A stretch of DNA of 64,000 nt from an uncultured Chitinophagales bacterium (lineage in GTDB: Bacteria; Bacteroidota; Bacteroidia; Chitinophagales; JADIYW01). The notes below the pieces were generated by a model that searched no databases, was not told the DNA's origin, and saw only the letters and a program-made list of their open reading frames with translations. The position numbers and the translations under genes were made by a program. This document shows positions 34,920 through 44,059 of the stretch, in pieces. How positions within the stretch are numbered: the first letter of the stretch is position 1; each line of letters opens with the position of its first letter. The DNA is taken from the NCBI GenBank assembly GCA_964653095.1, contig CAZZEH010000001.1:59833-123832 (forward strand), read 5' to 3'.

Positions 34920-36380
34920 ATGACGGCTGAAAAAAGAAATTTTGATGTAATCATCATGGGAGCCGGGCTGTCGGGAATTGGCACAGCCTGCCATTTGAGA
35001 AGAGAATGCAAAGACAAGTCTTTTGTCGTTTTGGAAAACCGTGAAAACATGGGTGGCACCTGGGATTTATTCCGTTATCCCGGCATTCGTTCGGATTCCG
35101 ACATGTTTACTTTGGGCTACAGCTTCAAACCGTGGATCCATCCCGAAGCAATTGCAGACGGGGATTTAATTTTGAACTATATTAATGAAGCGGCAGATGA
35201 GTATGATGTCCGAGAAAACATCCGTTTCAACACAAAAATAAACTCTGCACACTGGGACAGTGAAAAGGAAAACTGGACGATAAAGTGTACCGACAATATT
35301 TCCGGCAATGAAGTAACTTATACCGGACGGTATATCATCTCCTGCATGGGCTATTATAACTACGAACACGGACACCGTCCGCACTTTGAAGGCGAAGAGG
35401 ATTTTAAAGGCACCATTATCCACCCGCAATTTTGGCCGGAAGATTTTGACTATACCGATAAAGAAGTGGTCATTATCGGCAGTGGTGCTACGGCAGTTAC
35501 GCTGTTGCCTGCCATGACCGACAAAGCCAAACATGTCACCATGTTGCAGCGTTCGCCTACGTATATCGCCACTTTGCCCAACAGAAGTATCCTGCCCAAA
35601 GCAGTTTCCAAGAACTTTCCGGTCAAAGTGCAGTATGACATGAATCGTGCGGCACAAATAAGTTTTCAGATTTTATCCTACAATTTATGCAGAGCACAAC
35701 CTAAATTGATGAGGGCTTATTTTAAACAAATGACTAAGATGCAACTCCCTAAAGGTTATAACGTGGAGAAACATTTCACTCCAAAATACGACCCGTGGGA
35801 CGAGCGGGTCTGTGCCGTACCGGACGGAGATTTATTTAAAGCTATCAGAAAAGGAAATGCCAGTATCGTCACCGATCACATTGACAGATTCACGGAAGAT
35901 GGTATTTCGCTTAAATCCGGTCATAAACTAAAAGCAGATGTGATTATTACTGCAACAGGTCTGAATCTCCAAATGCTCGGAGGCATCAAAGCCTTCATAG
36001 ACGGCAAAGAAATTAAAGCATCCGACGGTATTATATACAAAGGCATGATGATAAAAGATGTGCCAAATTTTGCTTTTATACTCGGCTACACAAATTCATC
36101 CTGGTCTCTTAAAGCAGACTTGGTCGGCACGTATTTCTGCAAATTGATTAATGAGACAGAAAAAAGAAAGAAGAAAGTATTTGTGGTGCAGTCAGACGAA
36201 GATATAGAAAAAGAACCGGCTCTGAATTTTCGCGCAGGTTATGTGCAGCGGGCTATAAAAGCGGGTATTCTGCCGAGTCAGGGAACTAAATATCCGTGGA
36301 AGCTGAAACAGAATTATCTGATTGATGCGATAAACTTTAAAGCACAAAAAGTAGAAGACGGATTTTTGCAGTTTCAGTAA
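34920..36380 (+). CDS. flavin-containing (Baeyer-Villiger-type) monooxygenase
   Basis: Binding motifs are GAGLSG (FAD) and GSGATA (NADPH). The BVMO fingerprint FKGTIIHPQFWP (FxGxxxHxxxWP) lies at 35402-35437. Confidence 0.85.
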   Translation: MTAEKRNFDVIIMGAGLSGIGTACHLRRECKDKSFVVLENRENMGGTWDLFRYPGIRSDSDMFTLGYSFKPWIHPEAIADGDLILNYINEAADEYDVRENIRFNTKINSAHWDSEKENWTIKCTDNISGNEVTYTGRYIISCMGYYNYEHGHRPHFEGEEDFKGTIIHPQFWPEDFDYTDKEVVIIGSGATAVTLLPAMTDKAKHVTMLQRSPTYIATLPNRSILPKAVSKNFPVKVQYDMNRAAQISFQILSYNLCRAQPKLMRAYFKQMTKMQLPKGYNVEKHFTPKYDPWDERVCAVPDGDLFKAIRKGNASIVTDHIDRFTEDGISLKSGHKLKADVIITATGLNLQMLGGIKAFIDGKEIKASDGIIYKGMMIKDVPNFAFILGYTNSSWSLKADLVGTYFCKLINETEKRKKKVFVVQSDEDIEKEPALNFRAGYVQRAIKAGILPSQGTKYPWKLKQNYLIDAINFKAQKVEDGFLQFQ

Positions 36381-36404
36381 AATCTTAGTATCTGAATATA
36401 CAGG

Positions 36405-36448
36405 CAAAAGGTATCTTGTCCTTATGGTTAAGATACCTTTTGTTTTTA
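36405..36448 (+). terminator. rho-independent terminator
   Basis: A perfect 13-bp stem pairs CAAAAGGTATCTT (36405-36417) with AAGATACCTTTTG (36430-36442). The loop is 12 nt and TTTTT follows. Confidence 0.85.
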
Positions 36449-36519
36449 CCGCTTAAAAAATTTGAATTTAATGGTCAAAATTTGAAGTACTTTACCCACT
36501 CTCTTGTAAAGAGTCAAAC

Positions 36520-36915
36520 TTATTTTTTCAGTACCAACTCCCGAATCAATTCATCCTTTTCCTTGAGCTGTAGTTTGAGATATTCTATCAATTCAATGAA
36601 AGCCTTAAATTCTAAATTGTGAAACTGACCATTTGCAACTAATCCTCCGTTTGTAATTTGGGCTGAGGTATTAAATATATATTTTTCATCAAAGCTAATC
36701 AATTCTGTTAGGCTAATACCGAAAATATCGGCTATCTGATGCGTACGCTCTATACTCACATCCACCTCATTACGTTCTATGCGCCCATATCCAGGCACAA
36801 ACATATTGAGTCGCTGTGCCATATAACTTTGAGAGCAATTTTTTAGTTCCCTCAGTTGTCGTATCTTTCTCTCTACTCTAAAGTCTTCTATATGATTTTT
36901 AATAGCACAATTGAC
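36520..36915 (-). CDS. XRE-family HTH protein with coiled-coil C-terminus; no canonical start codon for the full HTH (non-canonical start or pseudogene)
   Basis: The frame is open from 36915. The first ATG (36822) falls inside the HTH (ERKIRQLRELKNCSQSYMAQRLNM...). No ATG, GTG or TTG occurs in codons 36915-36823. Confidence 0.55.
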   Translation of the reverse strand, partial: VNCAIKNHIEDFRVERKIRQLRELKNCSQSYMAQRLNMFVPGYGRIERNEVDVSIERTHQIADIFGISLTELISFDEKYIFNTSAQITNGGLVANGQFHNLEFKAFIELIEYLKLQLKEKDELIRELVLKK

Positions 36916-37095
36916 TTACTTACACTAAATGTATAAAATTACTACTTAAAAGTAAAAAACACTACATAAGAATCTAAAACTTACAGACAATTAATAGTAA
37001 TTTCAATTTGTTAAATAGGGCAAATAACTATTAAGAAAATATAACTTCTCATATTTTGTGCATAAAATTAACTATCAGAATAAAACAAAGAACTT

Positions 37096-37689
37096 ATGAA
37101 AGCAAAATGGTTATTTTTTATTGTGTCAGCAGCATTGTTGTTTCAATCTTGTGATAATAAAACTCTCAGCAGAGGTGAAGCAAAAAAGCTGATTATGGAA
37201 CATTGGGATTATCCTAGAGTTGAAATAAAAGATCTTCAGGCTCTTGGTTATTCTATAAGAGATACGAGAATCCTTTTGGTTGAAAAGGATTTAATAGTTC
37301 ACACATGGGGCTATGACAGTTGGGCAGGTTGGGTGGATAATGATGCATATACTGAAAAAGCGCTTCCATTTGTTTATGACATAGTAAAAGATAAATATAT
37401 TTGGGGTGATATTTTCAAATCACGTGTAATAACGCATTGTACTGATTTTCATGAAATCACTGGAATTGTGATGGAATCAGAGACAAAAGCAAAAGTTCAA
37501 TATACATACAAAATGAAAGGGGTCACTCCTTTTGGAGAAGCATTTGGGTTTACCAATGATTCTATTATAGAAAGTCGCGTTTATATGACTCTGTACGATG
37601 ATGGCTGGAGAGTAAGTGAAGACAAGCCCGAAAACATCAAACCAGAAACCTATCCGTTTTTCACAAAAAATGGCGATTATATACCATAA
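37096..37689 (+). CDS. hypothetical lipoprotein
   Basis: There is a signal peptide with a lipobox (ALLFQSC). No other motif is recognised. Confidence 0.6.
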   Translation: MKAKWLFFIVSAALLFQSCDNKTLSRGEAKKLIMEHWDYPRVEIKDLQALGYSIRDTRILLVEKDLIVHTWGYDSWAGWVDNDAYTEKALPFVYDIVKDKYIWGDIFKSRVITHCTDFHEITGIVMESETKAKVQYTYKMKGVTPFGEAFGFTNDSIIESRVYMTLYDDGWRVSEDKPENIKPETYPFFTKNGDYIP

Positions 37690-37702
37690 ATAAAATCAGA
37701 AT

Positions 37703-38818
37703 ATGAAAAAGATATTTCTCACAATATGGGCATCCTGTCTGTTTTTGGTAATGGCTTTCGCACAGGAGGAATTGACTGGTTTCGAATCCAACGGCAAAGT
37801 TGGGTTCAAAGACCAGTCCGGGAGAGTCGTGATTCCTGCGAAGTATGAGAGAGGGATAGCTTCTGAGGGGGTTGTAAGTCTTATGCTGAATGGCAAATGG
37901 GGGGTTGTTGACACAAAAGGGAATACTGTTATTCCATTTAAGTATGATTTTATAGATGGCTTCAAAGAAGGATTGGCACGTGTCGAATTAAATGGAAAAT
38001 ATGGATTTATTGATACAAGAGGGAGTACTGTTATTCCATTGAGATACGACAATGCTTACGGTTTTAAAGGGGACTTAGCGAAAGTTGAATTAGATGGGAA
38101 ATGGGGTGCTATTGACATAAATGGTAAAGAGATTATTCCATTGAAATACGACGAGATTCAGCGAGAAGGGTTTAAAAATCAAGTAGCAGTTTTCATAAAC
38201 GACCGAATGGGAATCATTAACAGGCAAGGAAAAGAAATTATCCCTGCTATTTATGATGATGCTCTATGGTTTACTGACAATCTTATCGTATTGGGCATAG
38301 GAAGTGCAACTATACGAGATAGTAGAGGGTCTTTTTGGAAAATTGGTGGACGCTACGCGCTATTTGATATAGAAACAGGAAAGCAATTAACAGAATTGAA
38401 ATATTCTGATATTATACCCAATGACGGTGGTTCTAATTCGATGGAAGAGAAGGATAAGTACTTCAGGGTTGTCATTGCTGATGAATTTGAAATCGCAGAC
38501 TGTTGTGAAAAAGAAATGGAGAAAGAAGCATCTAAACGTTTCGACTTAAATACCACAAAAGGAGGTGTCGGTTTAATAGACTCACAAGGCAAGGAAATAA
38601 TTCCACCTATTTATGATTATGTAGATAATGTATTTTACGAAGATTTAATTAGAGTAATCCCTTCGGACAGCACGGTAGTCGTTTTTTATAACAGAAAAAC
38701 CGAAAAAGAAGTCAAATACAATTTGATTGAGTTTTTGGGAGATGAAGACATATTCAAAGTGGAACTGAATGGCAGGAAGTTCTTCATAGACAAGATGGGA
38801 AAAGAGATATCGCGCTAA
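37703..38818 (+). CDS. WG-repeat (KWG-type) protein, secreted
   Basis: It has a signal peptide and at least 6 repeats of GK(W/Y)G(F/V/A)(I/V)D..G..(V/I)IP..Y(D/E). Confidence 0.85.
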   Translation: MKKIFLTIWASCLFLVMAFAQEELTGFESNGKVGFKDQSGRVVIPAKYERGIASEGVVSLMLNGKWGVVDTKGNTVIPFKYDFIDGFKEGLARVELNGKYGFIDTRGSTVIPLRYDNAYGFKGDLAKVELDGKWGAIDINGKEIIPLKYDEIQREGFKNQVAVFINDRMGIINRQGKEIIPAIYDDALWFTDNLIVLGIGSATIRDSRGSFWKIGGRYALFDIETGKQLTELKYSDIIPNDGGSNSMEEKDKYFRVVIADEFEIADCCEKEMEKEASKRFDLNTTKGGVGLIDSQGKEIIPPIYDYVDNVFYEDLIRVIPSDSTVVVFYNRKTEKEVKYNLIEFLGDEDIFKVELNGRKFFIDKMGKEISR

Positions 38819-38959
38819 GCTGAGACTCATTACGAGAAATGGCTGAGAATTTTTGTTTTCACCGCCTGATAAAATTGCATGTCGGAAATTCTTAGTGTGA
38901 GATTTATGCCGTGTGGTTTTTTAGCTTATTTCGTACCTTAGCAGCTTAAACAGTCAGTT

Positions 38960-39922
38960 ATGCCCGGTCAGAATTTCCTTTCTGCAGATGATATAAAAGA
39001 TACGGAAGCGTTAGCAAAAGAAGTCTTGGAAGTAAAACAAAATCCCTTCGGGTGGAAAGCTCTTGGGGAAAATAAGACTCTGGTACTGATTTTTCTCAAC
39101 AGTAGCCTCAGAACGAGGCTGAGTACCCAAAAAGCTGCCCAAAATCTGGGAATGAATACAATAGTACTCAACCTGGGTCAGGACAGTTGGAACATGGAAT
39201 TTGAAGAGGGTACTGTCATGAATGGCAATACCGCAGAACATATCAAAGAAGGTGCAGCCGTTATCAGCGAGTATGCGGATATGATTGCACTGAGAAGTTT
39301 CCCCACTCTGAAAGACCGAGATGCCGATTATCGGGAATTTGTCCTGAATCAGTTCCTGAAAAATGTAAAAGTACCGGTAATCAATATGGAGTCTGCGACC
39401 GTACACCCGTTGCAGTCACTGACTGACTTGGCCACTATACGGGAATTTTACCCAAACAAAAGGCCTAAAGTTGTACTTACCTGGGCGCCGCATATTCGGG
39501 CATTGCCGCAGTGTGTACCAAACAGTTTCGCACAATGGATGAATCGAGCTGATGTAGATTTTGTAATCACTAATCCGGAAGGGTATGATTTGGCACAGGA
39601 ATTTAGGGGGAATGCACCGATAATCAGAAATCAGACAGAAGCTTTTGCAGATGCCGATATCATTTATGCTAAAAACTGGTCCTCGTACGAACAATATGGT
39701 CAAATCTTAGAAAAAGGCTCGGACTGGATGATTACGGAAGAGAAAATGGCGGTCACCAATCAGGCAAAATTTATGCATTGTCTTCCCGTGAGAAGGAATG
39801 TAGTGGTTAGTGACGGCGTATTGGACAGTGAAAACTCAGTTGTCATTCAGCAGGCGGGCAACCGGGAATGGGCTGCGCAGGCAGTGATTAAAAGAATTTT
39901 AGAGCAAAGACTTCACCTGTAA
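38960..39922 (+). CDS. argF': N-acetyl/N-succinyl-ornithine carbamoyltransferase (ArgF'-type)
   Basis: It has SLRTRLS in place of the STRTR of classical OTCase, the HCLPVRRN motif, and 320 aa. This is typical of the Bacteroidota argF' lineage. Confidence 0.85.
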   Translation: MPGQNFLSADDIKDTEALAKEVLEVKQNPFGWKALGENKTLVLIFLNSSLRTRLSTQKAAQNLGMNTIVLNLGQDSWNMEFEEGTVMNGNTAEHIKEGAAVISEYADMIALRSFPTLKDRDADYREFVLNQFLKNVKVPVINMESATVHPLQSLTDLATIREFYPNKRPKVVLTWAPHIRALPQCVPNSFAQWMNRADVDFVITNPEGYDLAQEFRGNAPIIRNQTEAFADADIIYAKNWSSYEQYGQILEKGSDWMITEEKMAVTNQAKFMHCLPVRRNVVVSDGVLDSENSVVIQQAGNREWAAQAVIKRILEQRLHL

Positions 39923-40002
39923 ATCTGTTTCCAAAATCTCCTTTAGCTTATTAATCCGAAGGTGTATTTCTGTATCGCTTAGTATATGAAGAGTGTTTTG
40001 CT

Positions 40003-41184
40003 CTAAAAAGCCTCGTTCAGTACAAAGTAAATTCCATATGTTTTTTGCCAAAAACCAACATCTAATCTCGCTGAAATATTTTTGTCCTTAAACGGTCTGA
40101 AACGTACACCTCCACCAATAGAATAGCTATAATCTTTTACCTTAAAGTAGTCCATAAATTCAGAACCACTGATACCACTGCCAAAAAATCCTGAAAGGAC
40201 AAATCGGTTCAAAGGTACCCGCAATTCACCCTGAAGATTAAAAAGGAATTTATCTCTTCCCGAACCCATGGTATAGCCCCGCAACACATACTTTCCACCG
40301 AGAGCAGGCATCATATAAAACGGCACATCACCAAAGCTCATTTCAGACAAAATCTGCGAAGCCAACACCACTTTTCTTTTTATATTAATAAAAGAGCGGT
40401 ATTCAGCTCTCAGTGATGCAAATTGATATTTACTTCCTAAAAAACTCGGATATCCCGTAAGCTCGGCATCAAAAAAATGTCCTTTGAAAGGGAAATAGAA
40501 GTCGTCGCGGTTATCAAAAGAAGCTTTAAGACCAAGGCCATGAGCAAATCCACCTTTGGAACCTGCATAATCTGTGGTGTCCATTTTTCTTCCGGCCTCT
40601 GCTTTCAGGCTGCCTATAAAATCCATGTCATAAAGCACTCCCACAAGAAATTGGTCTTTAAATCTTCGCTGGTAAGAAATCTCCGCCGTAAATCTGTTTA
40701 CAAGAACTAATTCCTTATTGCCTTTGTCCAAAGATAATCTGTTCCCTACTCCGTAAAAAGGGAGCTTCTCCTTTTTATAATTAATCTCATAAAGTAATTG
40801 ATGTCTGTTCCCGTTAAAATAAAACGCTCCTTCCAACTCGGCAATAATCTGATTGTCAATTGAATACATAAACCAAGGCACGGTATAAGAAGGGGCACTG
40901 GTACTGTCTCGGTTTTGACTCCAGCTGATGATACCTGCCACTCCAAACATCAGATTGGTTTCGGGTGTATAATACGCAATTGGAAACGCCAGCCCGGTTA
41001 CCGGACGAGTCTGATTGAATGCTCTGTAAAAAATAGATTTTTTTTCAGGCAGAGAGTCATTCCCGGATATGGTATCTGTATAATTTGCAGCCAAATCAAG
41101 GTCGTCTGTTGCCAAACTTTCCTGAGCACACACCGGCTTAAGAAAAGTAAAAAGGATAAAAAGAGCAGAAAGTTTTAGTTTCAA
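40003..41184 (-). CDS. outer-membrane beta-barrel protein (Omp85/surface-antigen-like, no POTRA seen)
   Basis: It has a signal peptide (FLKPVCAQ), alternating beta-strand patterning, and a C-terminal aromatic residue (LNEAF). Confidence 0.7.
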   Translation of the reverse strand: MKLKLSALFILFTFLKPVCAQESLATDDLDLAANYTDTISGNDSLPEKKSIFYRAFNQTRPVTGLAFPIAYYTPETNLMFGVAGIISWSQNRDSTSAPSYTVPWFMYSIDNQIIAELEGAFYFNGNRHQLLYEINYKKEKLPFYGVGNRLSLDKGNKELVLVNRFTAEISYQRRFKDQFLVGVLYDMDFIGSLKAEAGRKMDTTDYAGSKGGFAHGLGLKASFDNRDDFYFPFKGHFFDAELTGYPSFLGSKYQFASLRAEYRSFINIKRKVVLASQILSEMSFGDVPFYMMPALGGKYVLRGYTMGSGRDKFLFNLQGELRVPLNRFVLSGFFGSGISGSEFMDYFKVKDYSYSIGGGVRFRPFKDKNISARLDVGFWQKTYGIYFVLNEAF

Positions 41185-41194
41185 AACAGAATAT

Positions 41195-41782
41195 TTAAAA
41201 GGTGTCTGAAGATTCTTTCAATATAGATTGTAAAATGTTTTTAGCCCGATGAATCTGTACTTTCACCGTGCCTAAAGGTATATTTAATTCCTGAGATATT
41301 TCCTCATAACTGTATTCCTCAAAAAATCTCAGACGTATCACTTTTTCCATATCCTCATTCAAATGCTGAATGACCTGCCGGGCAATTTGTGCACGCTGAG
41401 TTTTAATCATATTTTCTTCCGGTCCCGGATGCGAGGTTTGTTCTTTGGTGTTTAGCAATATTTCTCCTTTCTGTACTTCATCTCCCAATGCGATGCTCAC
41501 CGTATCAATCGTTTTTTTTCTGAGAAAATCTATCGAAGAATTGGAAGCTATCTTAAACAGCCAGGTTGAAAATCTGTGTGTAGGCACATATTTATCAAGA
41601 TTTGCAAAAGCTTTGGTGAAAGTGATTAAAGTCAAATCTTCCGCATCTTCCGGGTTTTTGACAATTTTGAGAATTAAATAATACACGGATTTCTCGTAGC
41701 GATTCATCAATTCGGTGAATGCAGGCTGATTGTTTTTCAATGCCTGTTCGATTAATTCAATGTCCGACTTCCTCCCTCCCAT
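41195..41782 (-). CDS. ECF-type RNA polymerase sigma-70 family factor
   Basis: Region 2 is DAEDLTLITFTKAF...FSTWLFKIASN. Region 4 is EEISQELNIPLGTVKVQIHRAK. The ATG at 41782 overlaps the GT2 stop (TGATG). Confidence 0.9.
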   Translation of the reverse strand: MGGRKSDIELIEQALKNNQPAFTELMNRYEKSVYYLILKIVKNPEDAEDLTLITFTKAFANLDKYVPTHRFSTWLFKIASNSSIDFLRKKTIDTVSIALGDEVQKGEILLNTKEQTSHPGPEENMIKTQRAQIARQVIQHLNEDMEKVIRLRFFEEYSYEEISQELNIPLGTVKVQIHRAKNILQSILKESSDTF

Positions 41783-42882
41783 CACCACCGATTTTTAGAA
41801 CTGAATTTTGATACAAATCCCTGAATCAGCACTGTAACCGTATAAATAAAATCAAAGGGAACTGCCTTGAATGCCCTAAAAGATAAATGATATTTTTTTG
41901 TGAAAATCCCCAATGCAATTATTAAGATAGAAAAATATACCAGATAAAGCATAAGTGCCTCAAAAGTCATTTTTTTATACAGTATTAAATAAAATGCCAA
42001 AACATAGATTACTGCCTTGGTCAGCAAAAATGTACCCAACAGAAACTGGTGTGAAGGCCGATAAGAAGCTCCTGTTGTATAATGCCTTGTTTTTTGTTTC
42101 CACCATTCACAGAAAGTTTTTGGAGGCATACTGACCATTTGCGAATATTGAGAAAGTCTCACAGATACCTGAGTATGCGTCGCCGCCTGCTGTACGAATA
42201 AATCGTCATCACCGGAAGCAGTATCTATATGGTTTTCAAACCCTCCTGCCCGCTCGTACAGAGACCGGGTATAAGCTATATTTCTTCCCACTCCCATATA
42301 AGAATTGCCCCAAAGTGCGTATCCGACATACTGAAGCATGGTGGTCACCGTTTCATATTGTACAATATGACTGAGGAATGTCCCGGTGTTTTCATAAGGA
42401 GAAACGCCCAATACCAGTTCATTTTTTTCAGAAAATCCACTCATTATTTTATTTAACCATCTATTATTTTGGGGATAACAATCGGCGTCTGTCAAAACTA
42501 AATAAGGATTCTTGGCAGATTCTATTCCGAGTTGTAAAGCAGCTTTTTTGCCAACTGTACTTTTTTTCGCAGGAAGTATATTTACAATTTGCAGGTTTGT
42601 GTACTTCTTTTTAAAATCCTCCAACACATTCAAAGTATTGTCTTCGGACGCATCATTTACCACCACTACTTCAAAATAAGGATAGTCCTGCTCCAAAATT
42701 TTTGGCAGATTTCGAAGGAGATTTAAAGCCTCATTTCTGGCGCAAATGATTACAGAAGCTTCTTTATTATGATTATTACCTACTTTTGCATATTCTTGAA
42801 AAGCGAGAATTTTATACAGCAGAAAACCGTAATACAGTATCTGTATCCCGACAGCAATACACAAAAGGCTTTCCGCTACCAC
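41782..42882 (-). CDS. family 2 glycosyltransferase, membrane-associated
   Basis: GT-A motifs are VIICARNE, VVVVNDASEDNT and TDADC. C-terminal TM helices are present. Confidence 0.85.
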   Translation of the reverse strand: MVAESLLCIAVGIQILYYGFLLYKILAFQEYAKVGNNHNKEASVIICARNEALNLLRNLPKILEQDYPYFEVVVVNDASEDNTLNVLEDFKKKYTNLQIVNILPAKKSTVGKKAALQLGIESAKNPYLVLTDADCYPQNNRWLNKIMSGFSEKNELVLGVSPYENTGTFLSHIVQYETVTTMLQYVGYALWGNSYMGVGRNIAYTRSLYERAGGFENHIDTASGDDDLFVQQAATHTQVSVRLSQYSQMVSMPPKTFCEWWKQKTRHYTTGASYRPSHQFLLGTFLLTKAVIYVLAFYLILYKKMTFEALMLYLVYFSILIIALGIFTKKYHLSFRAFKAVPFDFIYTVTVLIQGFVSKFSSKNRW

Positions 42883-42928
42883 AATCTTAAAATATCCTGC
42901 ACCAATATAGAAAAAGATACAGAGTCAG

Positions 42929-44059
42929 ATGCAATTTAAACTACAAAACCCGGATAAAAAAAGTAATGCCCGGGCAGGTGTGATTACTACTGATCACGGA
43001 ACGATTGAAACTCCGGTTTTTATGCCTGTGGGTACCGTAGGCTCTGTCAAAGCCGTACATTTTTCCGAATTGGAAGAACAGGTAGGTGCTCAAATCATTC
43101 TGGGCAATACTTATCACTTGTATTTAAGACCGGGAACCGATATCCTGTATAAAGCAGGAGGACTGCATCAATTTAATTCATGGAATAAACCCATACTGAC
43201 AGACAGCGGTGGTTATCAGGTTTTTTCTTTAAGTCACAGAAGAAAAATCAAAGAAGAAGGTGCCACTTTCAAATCTCATATTGACGGCAGTAAACATCTG
43301 TTTACACCGGAAAATGTGATGGAGATTCAACGAATAATCGGCGGGGATTTTATTATGGCTTTTGATGAATGCGCTCCTTACCCGTGCGATTACCGTTATG
43401 CGAGAGAATCGATGGAAATGACACACCGCTGGTTAGATCGCTGTATTGCCAAATTTGACAGCACAGAACTTCTTTACGGACATGAACAGACACTAATACC
43501 TATCGTACAGGGAAGTACTTACTCAGATTTGAGAAAACAATCTGCCGAATTTATAGCTTCAAGGAATCGTCCGGCAAATGCCATTGGAGGGCTGTCAGTA
43601 GGCGAACCTCACGAAGTGATGTACGAAATGGCGGATATTGTTTGCTCTGTTTTGCCGAAAGATAAACCCCGCTATATGATGGGTGTAGGTACGCCTGCCA
43701 ATATTCTTGAATGTATAGCACTCGGCATAGACATGTTTGACTGTGTGATGCCTACACGAAATGCAAGAAACGGGCAGCTGTTTACTTCAGAAGGAATTAT
43801 CAATATAAAAAATGCAAAGTGGAAAGACGACTTTAGTCCTATTGATATAAACTGCCCTGCTCCCACGAGCCAAAGACATACCAAAGCGTATCTGAGACAC
43901 CTTTTTGTCAGCAAAGAACTTTTGGCATATCAGATTGCAAGCCTTCACAATTTGGCTTTTTATATTTGGCTGGTACAATCTGCAAGAGAGCATATTCTTG
44001 CAGGAGATTTTACCGAATGGAAAGATAAAATACTGAAAAAACTGACCATTAGATTATAA
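42929..44059 (+). CDS. tgt: queuine tRNA-ribosyltransferase (tRNA-guanine transglycosylase)
   Basis: Motifs are TPVFMPVGT, LTDSGGYQV and GGLSVGE. Confidence 0.95.
   Translation: MQFKLQNPDKKSNARAGVITTDHGTIETPVFMPVGTVGSVKAVHFSELEEQVGAQIILGNTYHLYLRPGTDILYKAGGLHQFNSWNKPILTDSGGYQVFSLSHRRKIKEEGATFKSHIDGSKHLFTPENVMEIQRIIGGDFIMAFDECAPYPCDYRYARESMEMTHRWLDRCIAKFDSTELLYGHEQTLIPIVQGSTYSDLRKQSAEFIASRNRPANAIGGLSVGEPHEVMYEMADIVCSVLPKDKPRYMMGVGTPANILECIALGIDMFDCVMPTRNARNGQLFTSEGIINIKNAKWKDDFSPIDINCPAPTSQRHTKAYLRHLFVSKELLAYQIASLHNLAFYIWLVQSAREHILAGDFTEWKDKILKKLTIRL

Noticed and set aside
38960-39922. Attempt to decide whether ArgF' uses N-acetyl- or N-succinyl-ornithine from the residue in the GNTAEH segment.
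   Set aside because: My recollection of the specificity-determining position (Pro versus Glu) is not firm enough, and the residue here appears to be neither. The substrate is left undecided.
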